From NCBI GenBank assembly GCA_963662265.2, contig CAXXHA010000010.1, positions 96,001-160,000 of the forward strand: 64,000 nt of DNA, read 5' to 3'. The notes under the pieces were generated by a model, which saw only the letters and a program-made list of their open reading frames with translations, had not been told where the DNA came from and made no database searches. Each line of letters begins with the position of its first letter. Position 1 is the stretch's first letter. A program made the translations under genes and the position numbers. Source of the stretch: Spirochaetia bacterium (lineage in GTDB: Bacteria; Spirochaetota; Spirochaetia; CADAEX01). Below, in pieces: positions 18,641 to 28,298 of the stretch.

Positions 18641-18907
18641 GTCTATCTCCTATTTAATTGTATTGCTCCGGTAAATAACCGGAATGCTCCTGGAGCTTAA
18701 GAAACCGCTGAAAAATAATATCAGAGGAATATTGCACATCAGGGGCAGAAAACCTTGCCAGGGACAGGCCTGTTTGCTGCGATGCATCTGCACCGCAGGG
18801 CACCCGGCACCCGAAGGGCACGGTACACCTGAAAAGACATATCCTGTTGCAGGTTATGGAAGTATGTGTCCGTTTCCCGGACAACTAAAAAACTTCCTGT
18901 AAATATG

Positions 18908-18931
18908 AAAAACAGGGACTCTGCCCTGTTT
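18908..18931 (-). terminator. Probable intrinsic terminator upstream of pheS (end of the rlmKL-OCD transcript)
   Basis: AAACAGGG-N6-CCCTGTTT with T-run on the minus strand. Confidence 0.55.
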
Positions 18932-19147
18932 ATAATCTAAATCAAAGTTATTACATGCAGTATATATAGATGATATTTATTCATTCTCCGCATCTACAAC
19001 ACGCATAAACATACTAAATATGGCGGAAACTGTATATCTCTGCAAAGAAACATATAATATCTGATGCTAATATTTATACATTTTTTTCAGATAAAATCCA
19101 GTTGCAGATCTTATACCGAAAAACAGTTTTAACAGAAAAACATCATA

Positions 19148-20368
19148 TTATTCTGAAAATCCCGGAACACACCTTCGCGCCACAGCTCTCAGGAAAAGTC
19201 CCACATCGCTTACAATACCGACAGCCTGGCTTGATCCCCTGTCTGCCAGTTTTGTAACAACAGCAGGATTGATATCTATACATACTGTCTTGACATGGGA
19301 AGGCATCATATTGCCTGTACCTATCGCGTGAAGCATTGTTGAAAGCATGATAATCATGGAAGCATCCTTGATAATATCTGCATACTGCTTCTGAGCTTCA
19401 ATCATATCTGTAACTGTTTCAGGGAGAGGGCCGTCATCCCTTATTGAACCTGCAAGGCAGTAGGGAATACCGGATTTTACAACTTCGTACATTACACCGC
19501 GGTCAAGTCCCCCCTCTTCGACAGCATCTTTAATAGAACCGTATGTATTAATCCTGTTTATAGTTCTCATATGGTTTTTATGACCTTCCCTGGTAGGTTT
19601 TCCAGACTTCTGACAAACACCGAGAGAAGTACCGAAGAAAACAGATTCCATGTCATGGACAGCTATCGCGTTTCCTGCCAGAAAACCGTTTATAAAGCCA
19701 GATTTAACAAGCGAAGCAAGCGCTGAAGCGCCGCCTGAATGTATAACAACAGGACCTGCAACAACAACAACCTTTTCCCCGTTTTCCTTCATCTTCATTA
19801 TTTCTTCAGCGATCTTGGTGACTGTGCAGTCAGCTGATCTCTCAGAAGATACATCGCCGGACATAAAACCGAAATCCTCCCCTTCCCTGTCTCTTGCAGG
19901 GGGAAAAACACGGACAGAATCAGACTGGCAGAGTACCATGTCGCCCTTTTTGACATCCCTGAGTTTAATACATTCAAACCCGCTGTCTCTGAGCACAATA
20001 ACAGCATCCATCCTCTGATTTGTTACAGAATGCCATTTTTTATCATGATAAACCTCTGTTCTGTGGTTTGTAGTTGAGTAAAAATCTTCAGGAACACATT
20101 TATCCTTCTCTGTCTCTTTAAGAACTGCTTCAGGAGTATTTTTCTCATAACAGCCGAGAGGTATGAGCTTTGAAGTTATTTCTGCAATTTTTTCTTCATT
20201 TTCAGCAATCAGATCGATATCAAGGTGGGACTCACGCGCATTTGTCTTGCCCACTTTAAAACTGATAATTTCATAATCAGCACCTTCTTCAACAATCATA
20301 TTGAGAATCTGTGCAAGCATTCCTGAATCTATCAGATGTCCATCAGAAATAAATCTTCTTTTCTTCAT
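19148..20368 (-). CDS. TIGR00300-family (ArgZ/AgrE C-terminal-like, LOR/SDH conserved region) ornithine cyclodeaminase
   Basis: GHLIDSG, FYSTTNH, RMDA, FGFMSGDVSSER, AGNAIAVHD, GTSLG, LAGSIRDDGPLP, TMLHAIGTGN, VTKLADRGS; probable ATG at 20368 after AGGGGA. Confidence 0.85.
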   Translation of the reverse strand: MKKRRFISDGHLIDSGMLAQILNMIVEEGADYEIISFKVGKTNARESHLDIDLIAENEEKIAEITSKLIPLGCYEKNTPEAVLKETEKDKCVPEDFYSTTNHRTEVYHDKKWHSVTNQRMDAVIVLRDSGFECIKLRDVKKGDMVLCQSDSVRVFPPARDREGEDFGFMSGDVSSERSADCTVTKIAEEIMKMKENGEKVVVVAGPVVIHSGGASALASLVKSGFINGFLAGNAIAVHDMESVFFGTSLGVCQKSGKPTREGHKNHMRTINRINTYGSIKDAVEEGGLDRGVMYEVVKSGIPYCLAGSIRDDGPLPETVTDMIEAQKQYADIIKDASMIIMLSTMLHAIGTGNMMPSHVKTVCIDINPAVVTKLADRGSSQAVGIVSDVGLFLRAVARRCVPGFSE

Positions 20369-20415
20369 ACTTTTCCCCTGTATTGTTCCGGTTCGATAGA
20401 CTGTAGAAAACCGGG

Positions 20416-22554
20416 CTATTTTTTTCTCATTATCCAGCATCTGTGGATAGTTTTATTGCGGCTGAAATCAGCAGAAAAACTTTTTTCAGTAATATCTTCT
20501 ATTAAAAATTCCTCATCAAGCACGCTGTCCAGTTTAAACTTTTTATAATTATTAGAAAATATTATTTCCCCGTTATTTGCAAGTCTTTTTCCCGCCTGTA
20601 TAAGCATTTCAGCATGGTCCCTCTGGATATCAAAATCGTTTTCTCTGCTCTTGGAGTTTGAAAATGTCGGAGGATCTATAAAAATAAGATCAAATTTCTC
20701 TTTTCCCTTTTCAAGGTATTCTATTGAATCCTGTTTCTGGAAATAGGTCTTGTCGAGAGGAATACTGTTCAGCTGGAAATTTTTTATACCCCATTCAAGG
20801 TAATTGGCAGATGTATCAACATTTACAGTTCTCTTCGCCCCCCCTGCTGCTGCATAAACCGAGGCTGTACAGGTATAGGCAAAGAGATTCAGAAAGGATT
20901 TTCCCGATGCTTTTTCCCGGATCATGTTTCTCACAACCCTGTGGTCAAGAAATATTCCGGTATCAAGATAATCTTTGAAATTCACATAAAAAGAGAGTCC
21001 CCCCTCATTCATAACCTCATATTCCCCGGAACTGTCAAGCCTTGTGTACTGGGAGGATGATTTCTGCCTCTTTCTCTGCCTTATGAATATTCTATCCCTT
21101 TCAATTTCAAGAACAGAAGAGAGTTTTTTAACCATATCCATGAGCCGCTTCTCAGCTTTCCCGGCAGGTATTTCCCTGGGCGGCTGATATTCCTGAAGAT
21201 ATACAAACGCATTCTCATAAAGGTCTACAGCTGCAGAATACTCGGGGATATCAGCATCGTAAATCCGGTAGCTTGTCACACCCTCTTTCTTAGCCCATTT
21301 TCTTATATTTTTAAGATTCTTCCTTAGCCGGTTCTCAAAGACTACAGCACCTTTTGTATTGTCTTTTTCACCCTTACTCGCTTTCCTGTAGCTGCTGTCA
21401 AGCTCGAAAACAGATGCTGTACATTTGATAGGCCCGTTGTAAACAGTGTTTACCCTGACAGGCTTTAGGCCGAATTTTCTCGAAAGTTCACCTTCGCCTG
21501 TTATAATACATGCTTTCCACCCGTCAAATGATGATTTAAGAATTTCTCCGGTTTCCCTGTAGAGATTTTTAAGAGCCTCGACTTCACCGAGCCTTTCTCC
21601 GTATGGGGGATTGAATGCAATAAGCCCTTTCTTGCTCCTGTTCCTGTAGTTTTCAGGAAGTTTAAGAATATCGCCCTGCTTTACAGTTATCCACCTTGTC
21701 AGGGAGAGGTTTTCAACATTTGCTCTTGCAGCATTGACAGCTTTCATGCTCAGGTCAAAGCCGGTGAATCGGCATTTTGACAGGTGTTCGGGAGATGCTG
21801 CTTTTTCAGCTGTTTTTTTAAGATTTTCCAATACATCAGGTTTAAAAACAGAATAATTTTTAAAACAGAAATATTCCCTGTTAATAGAAGGGGATATATT
21901 TGCAGCAATAAGAGCAGCTTCAATAAGAAAAGTCCCGCTTCCGCACATTGGATCAAGAAAAGCAGCCCCTTTTAGAGACATTTCATCCCATCCGCTTCTA
22001 AGAAGCAGCCCTGCTGCAACATTTTCCTTGATGGGAGCTTCTGTCTTCTCTATCCTGTAGCCTCTCTGGTGAAGGGAATTACCCGACATATCAAGACTTA
22101 TAACAGCATTATTCCTGTCAGCAAACAGATTTAACCTTATATCAGGATGATCCTTGCTTACAGAGGGACGGAGGTTTGTTTTTTTTCTGAAATAATCAGC
22201 TATGCCGTCTTTTACAACAAGAGAAAGATATGATGAGTTTTTGAATTTAGCCCCTATGGTAGTTGAATCTATAAAAATACTCTTATCAGGAGAAAACCAC
22301 TCATCCCATTCTATGCCGAGGACTGCGTTGTAGATATCTTTCTCAGTTTCAGCTTCAAAAGATTCAAGCTGAAGAAGCAGCCGCCCCCCGATCCTTGTCC
22401 AGAGGCATATATTCATCCCCTCCTCAAACGAAGCGTTAAAATATACACCGCCCCTGCTTTCTGTTGCGGTAAATATACCAAGAGTCTCAAGTTCTTTAAC
22501 CAGGAGATTTTCAAATCCGCCCGGACATGTAAGAAAATACTTATATTCAGCCAT
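20416..22554 (-). CDS. rlmKL: Bifunctional 23S rRNA m2G2445/m7G2069 methyltransferase
   Basis: THUMP domain, LHQRGYR, DPMCGSGT, NPPYGER; second MTase NRLRKN, YRIYDADIPE, DYLDTGIFLDHR, LNLFAYT, DPPTFSNSK. Confidence 0.95.
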   Translation of the reverse strand: MAEYKYFLTCPGGFENLLVKELETLGIFTATESRGGVYFNASFEEGMNICLWTRIGGRLLLQLESFEAETEKDIYNAVLGIEWDEWFSPDKSIFIDSTTIGAKFKNSSYLSLVVKDGIADYFRKKTNLRPSVSKDHPDIRLNLFADRNNAVISLDMSGNSLHQRGYRIEKTEAPIKENVAAGLLLRSGWDEMSLKGAAFLDPMCGSGTFLIEAALIAANISPSINREYFCFKNYSVFKPDVLENLKKTAEKAASPEHLSKCRFTGFDLSMKAVNAARANVENLSLTRWITVKQGDILKLPENYRNRSKKGLIAFNPPYGERLGEVEALKNLYRETGEILKSSFDGWKACIITGEGELSRKFGLKPVRVNTVYNGPIKCTASVFELDSSYRKASKGEKDNTKGAVVFENRLRKNLKNIRKWAKKEGVTSYRIYDADIPEYSAAVDLYENAFVYLQEYQPPREIPAGKAEKRLMDMVKKLSSVLEIERDRIFIRQRKRQKSSSQYTRLDSSGEYEVMNEGGLSFYVNFKDYLDTGIFLDHRVVRNMIREKASGKSFLNLFAYTCTASVYAAAGGAKRTVNVDTSANYLEWGIKNFQLNSIPLDKTYFQKQDSIEYLEKGKEKFDLIFIDPPTFSNSKSRENDFDIQRDHAEMLIQAGKRLANNGEIIFSNNYKKFKLDSVLDEEFLIEDITEKSFSADFSRNKTIHRCWIMRKK

Positions 22555-22684
22555 TATCCCTGTTCTTTTATCTATTACCTGATATATGTTTTTAAAAGCA
22601 TGCTGTTATCCATACAAAGCAGCTTATCAGAAAAATCCCTTATCTATGCCTGTATTTATCTTTACAGTTTATTTTACAGGCAGA

Positions 22685-23794
22685 TCAGACATTAAAACGA
22701 AAATGCATGATATCCCCGTCTTTAACAATATATTCCTTCCCTTCAATCCTGAGCTTGCCTGCGCTTTTAACACTCTGCTCAGTTCCATATTCAACAAGAT
22801 CATCATAGTGAAATACTTCCGCCTTGATAAATCCCTTTTCAAAGTCTGTATGAATAACACCTGCTGCCTGGGGAGCCTTATCACCGTTATGAAATGTCCA
22901 GGCTCTTACTTCCTGCTCCCCTGCTGTAAAATATGTTCTTAAGCCTAAAAGCTCATACCCGGCATGAATCAGCTTTACAAGACCTGATTCCTGAAGCCCA
23001 ACATCTGCAAGGAATTCATCCTTCTCCTCCTGTGTTTCAAGAGATGCAATCTCAGCTTCAAGCTTTCCGCATATTACAATTGCTTCAGAACCTTCAGATT
23101 CAGCAAGTTTTTTTACATCGTCAACATAGGAATTCCCGGAAACAACGCTGTCCTCATCTACATTGCATACATAGAGCTGTTTTTTCAGAGTTATAAGATG
23201 AAGATCCCGGAGCAGCAGAAGCTGCTCATCTGTAAAATCAATTGATCTTGCAGGTTTTCCCTCGGAAAGAACTTCAATTAACTGGTCAAGAAGCCCCTTG
23301 ATCTGGTTGGCTTCCTTTGCAGCCTCCTTACTCAGGCTTTTTGACTGTTTTTCATTCTTTACTTTTCTCTTCTCGACAGTTTCAAGATCTGCGAGAGCAA
23401 GCTCTATATTGATTGTTTCAATATCAGAAAGAGGATCAATATTTCCGCTTACATGGGTAATATCATCATCTTCAAAACACCTGACAACCTGGACAATAAC
23501 TCCAACCTGCCTGATATGGGAAAGAAACTTGTTTCCAAGTCCTTCACCCTGTGATGCCCCCTTTACAAGCCCTGCAATATCTACAAATTCAACAATTGCC
23601 GGAATAGTTTTCTTTGGTACGATTAATTCGGTAATTTTATTAAGCCTGGCATCGGGAATACTTACAATTCCCACATTAGGCTCTATTGTACAAAAAGGAT
23701 AATTGGCTGCCTCTGCAGGTGCAGAAGTAATAGCCTGAAAAATTGTGGATTTCCCTACATTGGGAAGACCTACTATACCGCAGTTAAGACCCAT
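22685..23794 (-). CDS. ychF: Ribosome-binding ATPase YchF
   Basis: GLPNVGKST, ANYPFCTIEPN, DIAGLVKGAS, TGS domain IHTDFEKGFIKAE. Confidence 0.98.
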   Translation of the reverse strand: MGLNCGIVGLPNVGKSTIFQAITSAPAEAANYPFCTIEPNVGIVSIPDARLNKITELIVPKKTIPAIVEFVDIAGLVKGASQGEGLGNKFLSHIRQVGVIVQVVRCFEDDDITHVSGNIDPLSDIETINIELALADLETVEKRKVKNEKQSKSLSKEAAKEANQIKGLLDQLIEVLSEGKPARSIDFTDEQLLLLRDLHLITLKKQLYVCNVDEDSVVSGNSYVDDVKKLAESEGSEAIVICGKLEAEIASLETQEEKDEFLADVGLQESGLVKLIHAGYELLGLRTYFTAGEQEVRAWTFHNGDKAPQAAGVIHTDFEKGFIKAEVFHYDDLVEYGTEQSVKSAGKLRIEGKEYIVKDGDIMHFRFNV

Positions 23795-24121
23795 TTATTT
23801 TCTCCAGTAATTAAAATCAGGGATGTTTTCAGATTATTTTAAAAGACAGAAATACGGCTGACAACTCAGACATAATTCCCGGAATTTTGAATCCCCGTTA
23901 AATTATTCAGTTTTAAAGTTATTTTTAATGTTTTTAATCATAAAACATTTCAAAAAATGAAAAATATTCAGGACAGAAAAAGTTCTGCAGACCTGCCGGA
24001 GGCATAAAGTTTCATTATCAATTAAAAATAAGTTTCGATACTGCATAGATTTGCCTGAAATCTGAACATAGAGGACATTATAACTGTTATTGCAATGAGT
24101 TTCTATCTGTCTTGCTGTGAT

Positions 24122-24634
24122 TTATTCCGTATTTTTTATAACCATGACCTCGGAAAAGCCTTCCCGGGTTTCAGGATATGCTATTCTGGCAGAAAGATTG
24201 GCAATGAGACTCTCGGGAACAATATCATCCTTATCCTGAGATCTGTTCCTCTCCATACATAAAGACAGTTCAGTATCAAGAAACACGGCTGATATCTTTT
24301 TCTTCATCTTTCTAGCAATGCTTATATAGTCGGTTCTTGATTTTTCTGAGACACTAATATTATCAATAAGAACTTTTTCATTATTGAAAAGTATATGTTC
24401 GATAATTTTCTTTTCAATGAATTTTACAAGAAGTTCCTCATTTTCGCAGAACATGTCAGCAGTCCATTTATCATTGAAGCTGAACATTTCATAGAGATGT
24501 TTCCTGATTTCTTTGCGGTTCACCCTTTTCCTGCCTGATTTTCTGAAATATTTTCTGGCAAAATGGGATTTACCCGCACCGGGCAAGCCGCATAAAAGTA
24601 TTATATCGCTCTTCCTGAGCTGTTCCAGAGTCAT
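24122..24634 (-). CDS. AAA_33 / polynucleotide-kinase-like P-loop protein
   Basis: LLCGLPGAGKS, LIDN, lid CMERN-R, C-terminal P..EGF. Confidence 0.8.
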   Translation of the reverse strand: MTLEQLRKSDIILLCGLPGAGKSHFARKYFRKSGRKRVNRKEIRKHLYEMFSFNDKWTADMFCENEELLVKFIEKKIIEHILFNNEKVLIDNISVSEKSRTDYISIARKMKKKISAVFLDTELSLCMERNRSQDKDDIVPESLIANLSARIAYPETREGFSEVMVIKNTE

Positions 24635-24806
24635 TTAACAGCCTCCATATTTTAACTCTATGAATTAAATACAGCAGCAACTGTGTTGCTGATTAAATTA
24701 TATATCGGCAGATAACAATATTATCTGAAACAGCCTGAAAATTATCTGGAACAGTCCTGCTGAAAAACATCAGCACTGATCCTTTTAATATAAAAACAAT
24801 AGATAC

Positions 24807-25943
24807 CTACACAGGAACAAGGGAAACTTTCCTGCCGTTGTCCCTGAGACAGTTCTGCATATAGCTGTTATCAAGTTCGAGTCGGGATGAAAGTTCCCTG
24901 AGCTGCTCCTCTGTAATCAGGTTCTGCTCCGCAAAAAGATACATGAGTGCTTTTTCCGCAATATAATCAACATTGAGGGCATTCATGTTTATTACATCCC
25001 CTTCAACATCATCCACATATTTTTTATGGAAAAGGTTAAAAAGTTCCGACTTTTTGATATTATTGCGGATACAGTAAAGCTCATTCTGAAGCGGTTCAAT
25101 ATCGCCTTCGCCAGCTTTCTGCCCCATCGGTTTAAGAATCAGATAGGTATATTCCTTCCCCGGAAGATAATGATGCTCATCGCATCTTGTACAGTAGTTG
25201 GGTTCAGTTGATCCCTCCCCTTCCTTATCACCCCCGATAACTATCAGAGGATCAAAATAGAGAGCCGGGCACTCCTTTCCGTCAATTTTGTAGTATCGGT
25301 ATGTATAAAAAGAATCTATCATACAGTCGGGATGTTCGCAGTATGCTGTAAGAGGGAACAGGTTTGTGCTGTTTTCAAGCAGCAGCTGGGCAGTGGAGTT
25401 GAAAATATCCTTCCTGAAATTAAGGATCAGTGAGGGAAAAATAAAAACCAGACCCCTCTCCTCAGACTCCCTTTTAATCACATATGCAAGTCTTTCATCG
25501 TAAAAAGTCGCTTCATCTATAATCCATGTTCCGCATTCAGGATTTTCCCGGATGATTTTTTCAAGATCGAATGAATCTGCTATAACTGCAATGTTTTTTC
25601 CGCACCTTTCATAACCGCCTCTGAATGCAAGTGCATCATCCGGATAATCGGGAAAACGCTGCTTATCCAGCATGGTTCTTACAAAAAAGACATTACGCCT
25701 GTCAGCGCCGAATGTGGTTGTCATTGATCCCACCTGGTAGGATTTTTTCCTGATTACAGTGGAATCCCGCCACACCCTGGATGAGTATTCAGTTTTTCCC
25801 GATCCCATCGGGCCGATAACAAGGATACGCCTTCCCGGTTTGGAAAAATCAAAGTGATTGAATGAATGATGTATTTTAAGCTGGGGATATCCCAGACTTT
25901 TCATGAAACTGATATTCTCATTACTGCTAGCCATGAGAAACAT
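24807..25943 (-). CDS. tdk: Thymidine kinase, long spirochaete type
   Basis: GPMGSGKT, WIIDEATF, LNFR, Zn ligands CEHPDC and YCTRCDEHH. Confidence 0.8.
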   Translation of the reverse strand: MFLMASSNENISFMKSLGYPQLKIHHSFNHFDFSKPGRRILVIGPMGSGKTEYSSRVWRDSTVIRKKSYQVGSMTTTFGADRRNVFFVRTMLDKQRFPDYPDDALAFRGGYERCGKNIAVIADSFDLEKIIRENPECGTWIIDEATFYDERLAYVIKRESEERGLVFIFPSLILNFRKDIFNSTAQLLLENSTNLFPLTAYCEHPDCMIDSFYTYRYYKIDGKECPALYFDPLIVIGGDKEGEGSTEPNYCTRCDEHHYLPGKEYTYLILKPMGQKAGEGDIEPLQNELYCIRNNIKKSELFNLFHKKYVDDVEGDVINMNALNVDYIAEKALMYLFAEQNLITEEQLRELSSRLELDNSYMQNCLRDNGRKVSLVPV

Positions 25944-26186
25944 TATAACAAAACATTTTTATTTTTACCTGTTGTTTTTAAATTATTTTTCAGGGGAAAT
26001 TCCTGAATTCCCAATATGATTTCAGGAGTTCTGTTCTTTTTTCACCCCTGTACCTGCAGCAGGAAAATATTAACAAAAGAAAGACAATATATTACAATAA
26101 GCAGGTTGCAGTCTTTTTAAACTGCCGCAGAATACCTGATGCTGTTTGTTCAACACTCAGTACAACTTACCGGAGCTGATACTTAT

Positions 26187-26699
26187 ATGAATGAAATACC
26201 TGACAATGTGCATGAAATTGACTGGAACAACTGGGAACCTGAGGAAAAGGCTGTAATAGTCTATATTGTGGTAAAAGACAAGGTACTCCTGATACACAAA
26301 AAAACCGGGCTTGGCGCCGGGAAAATAAATGCTCCGGGAGGAAGAATTGAGAAAGGGGAAAGCCCTGAAGAAGCAGCTGTAAGGGAATGCATAGAGGAGA
26401 CAGGGGTTACTCCGCTGAATATAAAGAAAGGGGCTGAACTTTCTTTTATCTTCAAAGACGGGTATTCACTTTTCGGCCATGTTTTCATTGCCGACAGTTA
26501 CGAGGGGGAGCTGACAGAAACAGAAGAAGCTGATCCGTTCTTCTGCCTGCTTGATGAAATTCCCTATGACAGGATGTGGGAAGATGATATTTACTGGCTT
26601 CCTGATGCACTGAAAGGCAATTTTGCACAGGGCTGGTTCATATTTGATTCAGACAGAATGATAAGTAAAAAAATCGATTTACAAATTAGAAATCTGTAA
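26187..26699 (+). CDS. Nudix 8-oxo-dGTP diphosphatase (MTH1-like)
   Basis: KKTGLGAGKINAPGG, Nudix box GGRIEKGESPEEAAVRECIEETG, IPYDRMWEDD; likely ATG at 26187 after GGAG. Confidence 0.9.
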   Translation: MNEIPDNVHEIDWNNWEPEEKAVIVYIVVKDKVLLIHKKTGLGAGKINAPGGRIEKGESPEEAAVRECIEETGVTPLNIKKGAELSFIFKDGYSLFGHVFIADSYEGELTETEEADPFFCLLDEIPYDRMWEDDIYWLPDALKGNFAQGWFIFDSDRMISKKIDLQIRNL

Positions 26700-26744
26700 T
26701 TATATTATCTAAAGCCGTGCTATAATTTCTGCACCGAAAAAGAA

Positions 26745-27737
26745 GTGATGAAGTATAAAGTATTAATAGCTGACGACAGCGCGACAGTAAGACTTGTTCT
26801 CGAAAAAGCACTGACTCAATGGGGTTTTGAAGTAATATCCTGCAAGGATGGAGAAACAGCCCTTAAATATCTTTTATCTGAAAACGCCCCGAGACTGGCA
26901 GTCCTTGACTGGGTAATGCCGGGCCTGAGCGGAATAGATGTCTGCAAGCAGCTCACAGGCTGCGGTAAATTCATATATACCATCCTCCTGACTTCAAAAA
27001 CAGAAAGAGATGATCTAGAACTTGCAATAGACTCGGGAGCATACAACTTCCTTTCAAAACCTGTCCCTCTCGGTGTGCTGAAACGCTTCATTGATGTAGG
27101 CATTAGAATAATCGGTGATGAAGAAAAGCTCAGAAAGCATGAAAGAAATATCAGAATCAAATGCTACAAAGCAATAGCTGACCTTGCCGAAACAAGAGAC
27201 AATGAAACAGGAATGCACCTGAACAGGATAAGCAGATATTCATCGCTTCTTGCAAGCAAAATCGGTGCAGATGCTGAATTTGTTGAAAATATTGCTATAT
27301 TCTCGCCGCTCCATGATATTGGAAAGGTGGGAATACCTGACGGAATACTGCTTGCCCAGAGAAATATAAGCAGCACAGAATTTGAACTGATCAAAAACCA
27401 TACTGTCCTTGGAGATAAAATACTCAGGCCTGTTCCTACAATGGAAATGGCAGCAGATATTGCAAGGTATCACCATGAAAAATGGGACGGCACAGGATAC
27501 CCTGACAGGCTGAAAGGGGAAGATATACCGCTTGCCGCAAGAATTGTAGGTCTTGTAGATGTTTTTGACGCACTGAGGAGCCACAGGCCGTATAAAGCTG
27601 CATGGCCCTATGAAAAAGCACGGGACCATATAATCAAAAACAGGGGAACTCATTTCGACCCGAACCTGATAGATGTCTTTATAAAGAATGAAGCAGAGAT
27701 AGCTGAAATCAGCGAAAAATACCTGGAACTCTATTAA
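26745..27737 (+). CDS. REC-HD-GYP cyclic di-GMP phosphodiesterase (RpfG-like)
   Basis: REC IADD/LDWVMP/KP; ETGMH, LHDIGK, HHEKWDGTGYP, DVFDAL, RPYK. Confidence 0.93.
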   Translation: MMKYKVLIADDSATVRLVLEKALTQWGFEVISCKDGETALKYLLSENAPRLAVLDWVMPGLSGIDVCKQLTGCGKFIYTILLTSKTERDDLELAIDSGAYNFLSKPVPLGVLKRFIDVGIRIIGDEEKLRKHERNIRIKCYKAIADLAETRDNETGMHLNRISRYSSLLASKIGADAEFVENIAIFSPLHDIGKVGIPDGILLAQRNISSTEFELIKNHTVLGDKILRPVPTMEMAADIARYHHEKWDGTGYPDRLKGEDIPLAARIVGLVDVFDALRSHRPYKAAWPYEKARDHIIKNRGTHFDPNLIDVFIKNEAEIAEISEKYLELY

Positions 27738-27762
27738 TAAGAAGAGAAAAATGAAAAAAAGA

Positions 27763-27791
27763 TTGACTAACTCACTGATGCGTAATATATT
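27763..27791 (+). promoter_or_regulatory. Sigma70 promoter of the symporter operon
   Basis: TTGACT (27763-68), 17-bp spacer, TATATT (27786-91). Confidence 0.75.
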
Positions 27792-27799
27792 GCATTATT

Positions 27800-27817
27800 A
27801 CCGACCTTACGGTCGGT
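27800..27817. promoter_or_regulatory. Palindromic operator 1 (TetR-type)
   Basis: ACCGACC-TTAC-GGTCGGT at the predicted transcription start. Confidence 0.75.
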
Positions 27818-28064
27818 TTTAAAACAGTGTAAAATCAGTTGCCGAGAACTTCTGGAAATCTCTTTCTCATTAATTCTGTATATATATTTTCAGAATTGGA
27901 ACAATTCAGCAAATACTAATGAATTCCGGCATAAAAACAGTCAGAATTGCGGCGAAAACTGCATATTTCTGCTCAGCAGCCAGATATTAACACCTGGACA
28001 GGAAAAACAAGCTGCTTGTTTTTCTATGCCAGAGGCATTGTTTTATTTATTTACTGAGGCTTTT

Positions 28065-28082
28065 ACCGACCATACAGTCGGT
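28065..28082. promoter_or_regulatory. Palindromic operator 2 (TetR-type)
   Basis: ACCGAC-CATACA-GTCGGT, 16/18 identical to operator 1, just upstream of the RBS. Confidence 0.75.
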
Positions 28083-28107
28083 TATTTATAAAAAGAGAGG
28101 TAGAAAA

Positions 28108-28287
28108 ATGCTCGGATTAACAAATTTTTCAGTATTTCTGTCATACATTCTGGTCTTTCTCCTCGCACTTACCTGCATTCTTTACGGAATCATTAACTGG
28201 AATAAAGAAGGTGAGTTAAGCGAAGAGGAAATACTTGAAGAACAGACATGGCTCAGGGAAGAGCTTGAACTCAAGGAACAGAGATAG
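28108..28287 (+). CDS. Symporter small accessory membrane protein, 59 aa (below ORF-track cutoff)
   Basis: MLGLTNFSVFLSYILVFLLALTCILYGIINWNKEGELSEEEILEEQTWLREELELKEQR; RBS GAGG; one TM plus YGxxNWN and acidic tail; stop abuts the symporter RBS. Confidence 0.88.
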   Translation: MLGLTNFSVFLSYILVFLLALTCILYGIINWNKEGELSEEEILEEQTWLREELELKEQR

Positions 28288-28298
28288 GAGAAAACAAC

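Noticed and set aside
18641-19147. Canonical T-box or Phe leader-peptide attenuator for pheST
   Set aside because: No UGGNACC antiterminator bulge, no recognisable stem I/specifier loop and no Phe-rich leader ORF
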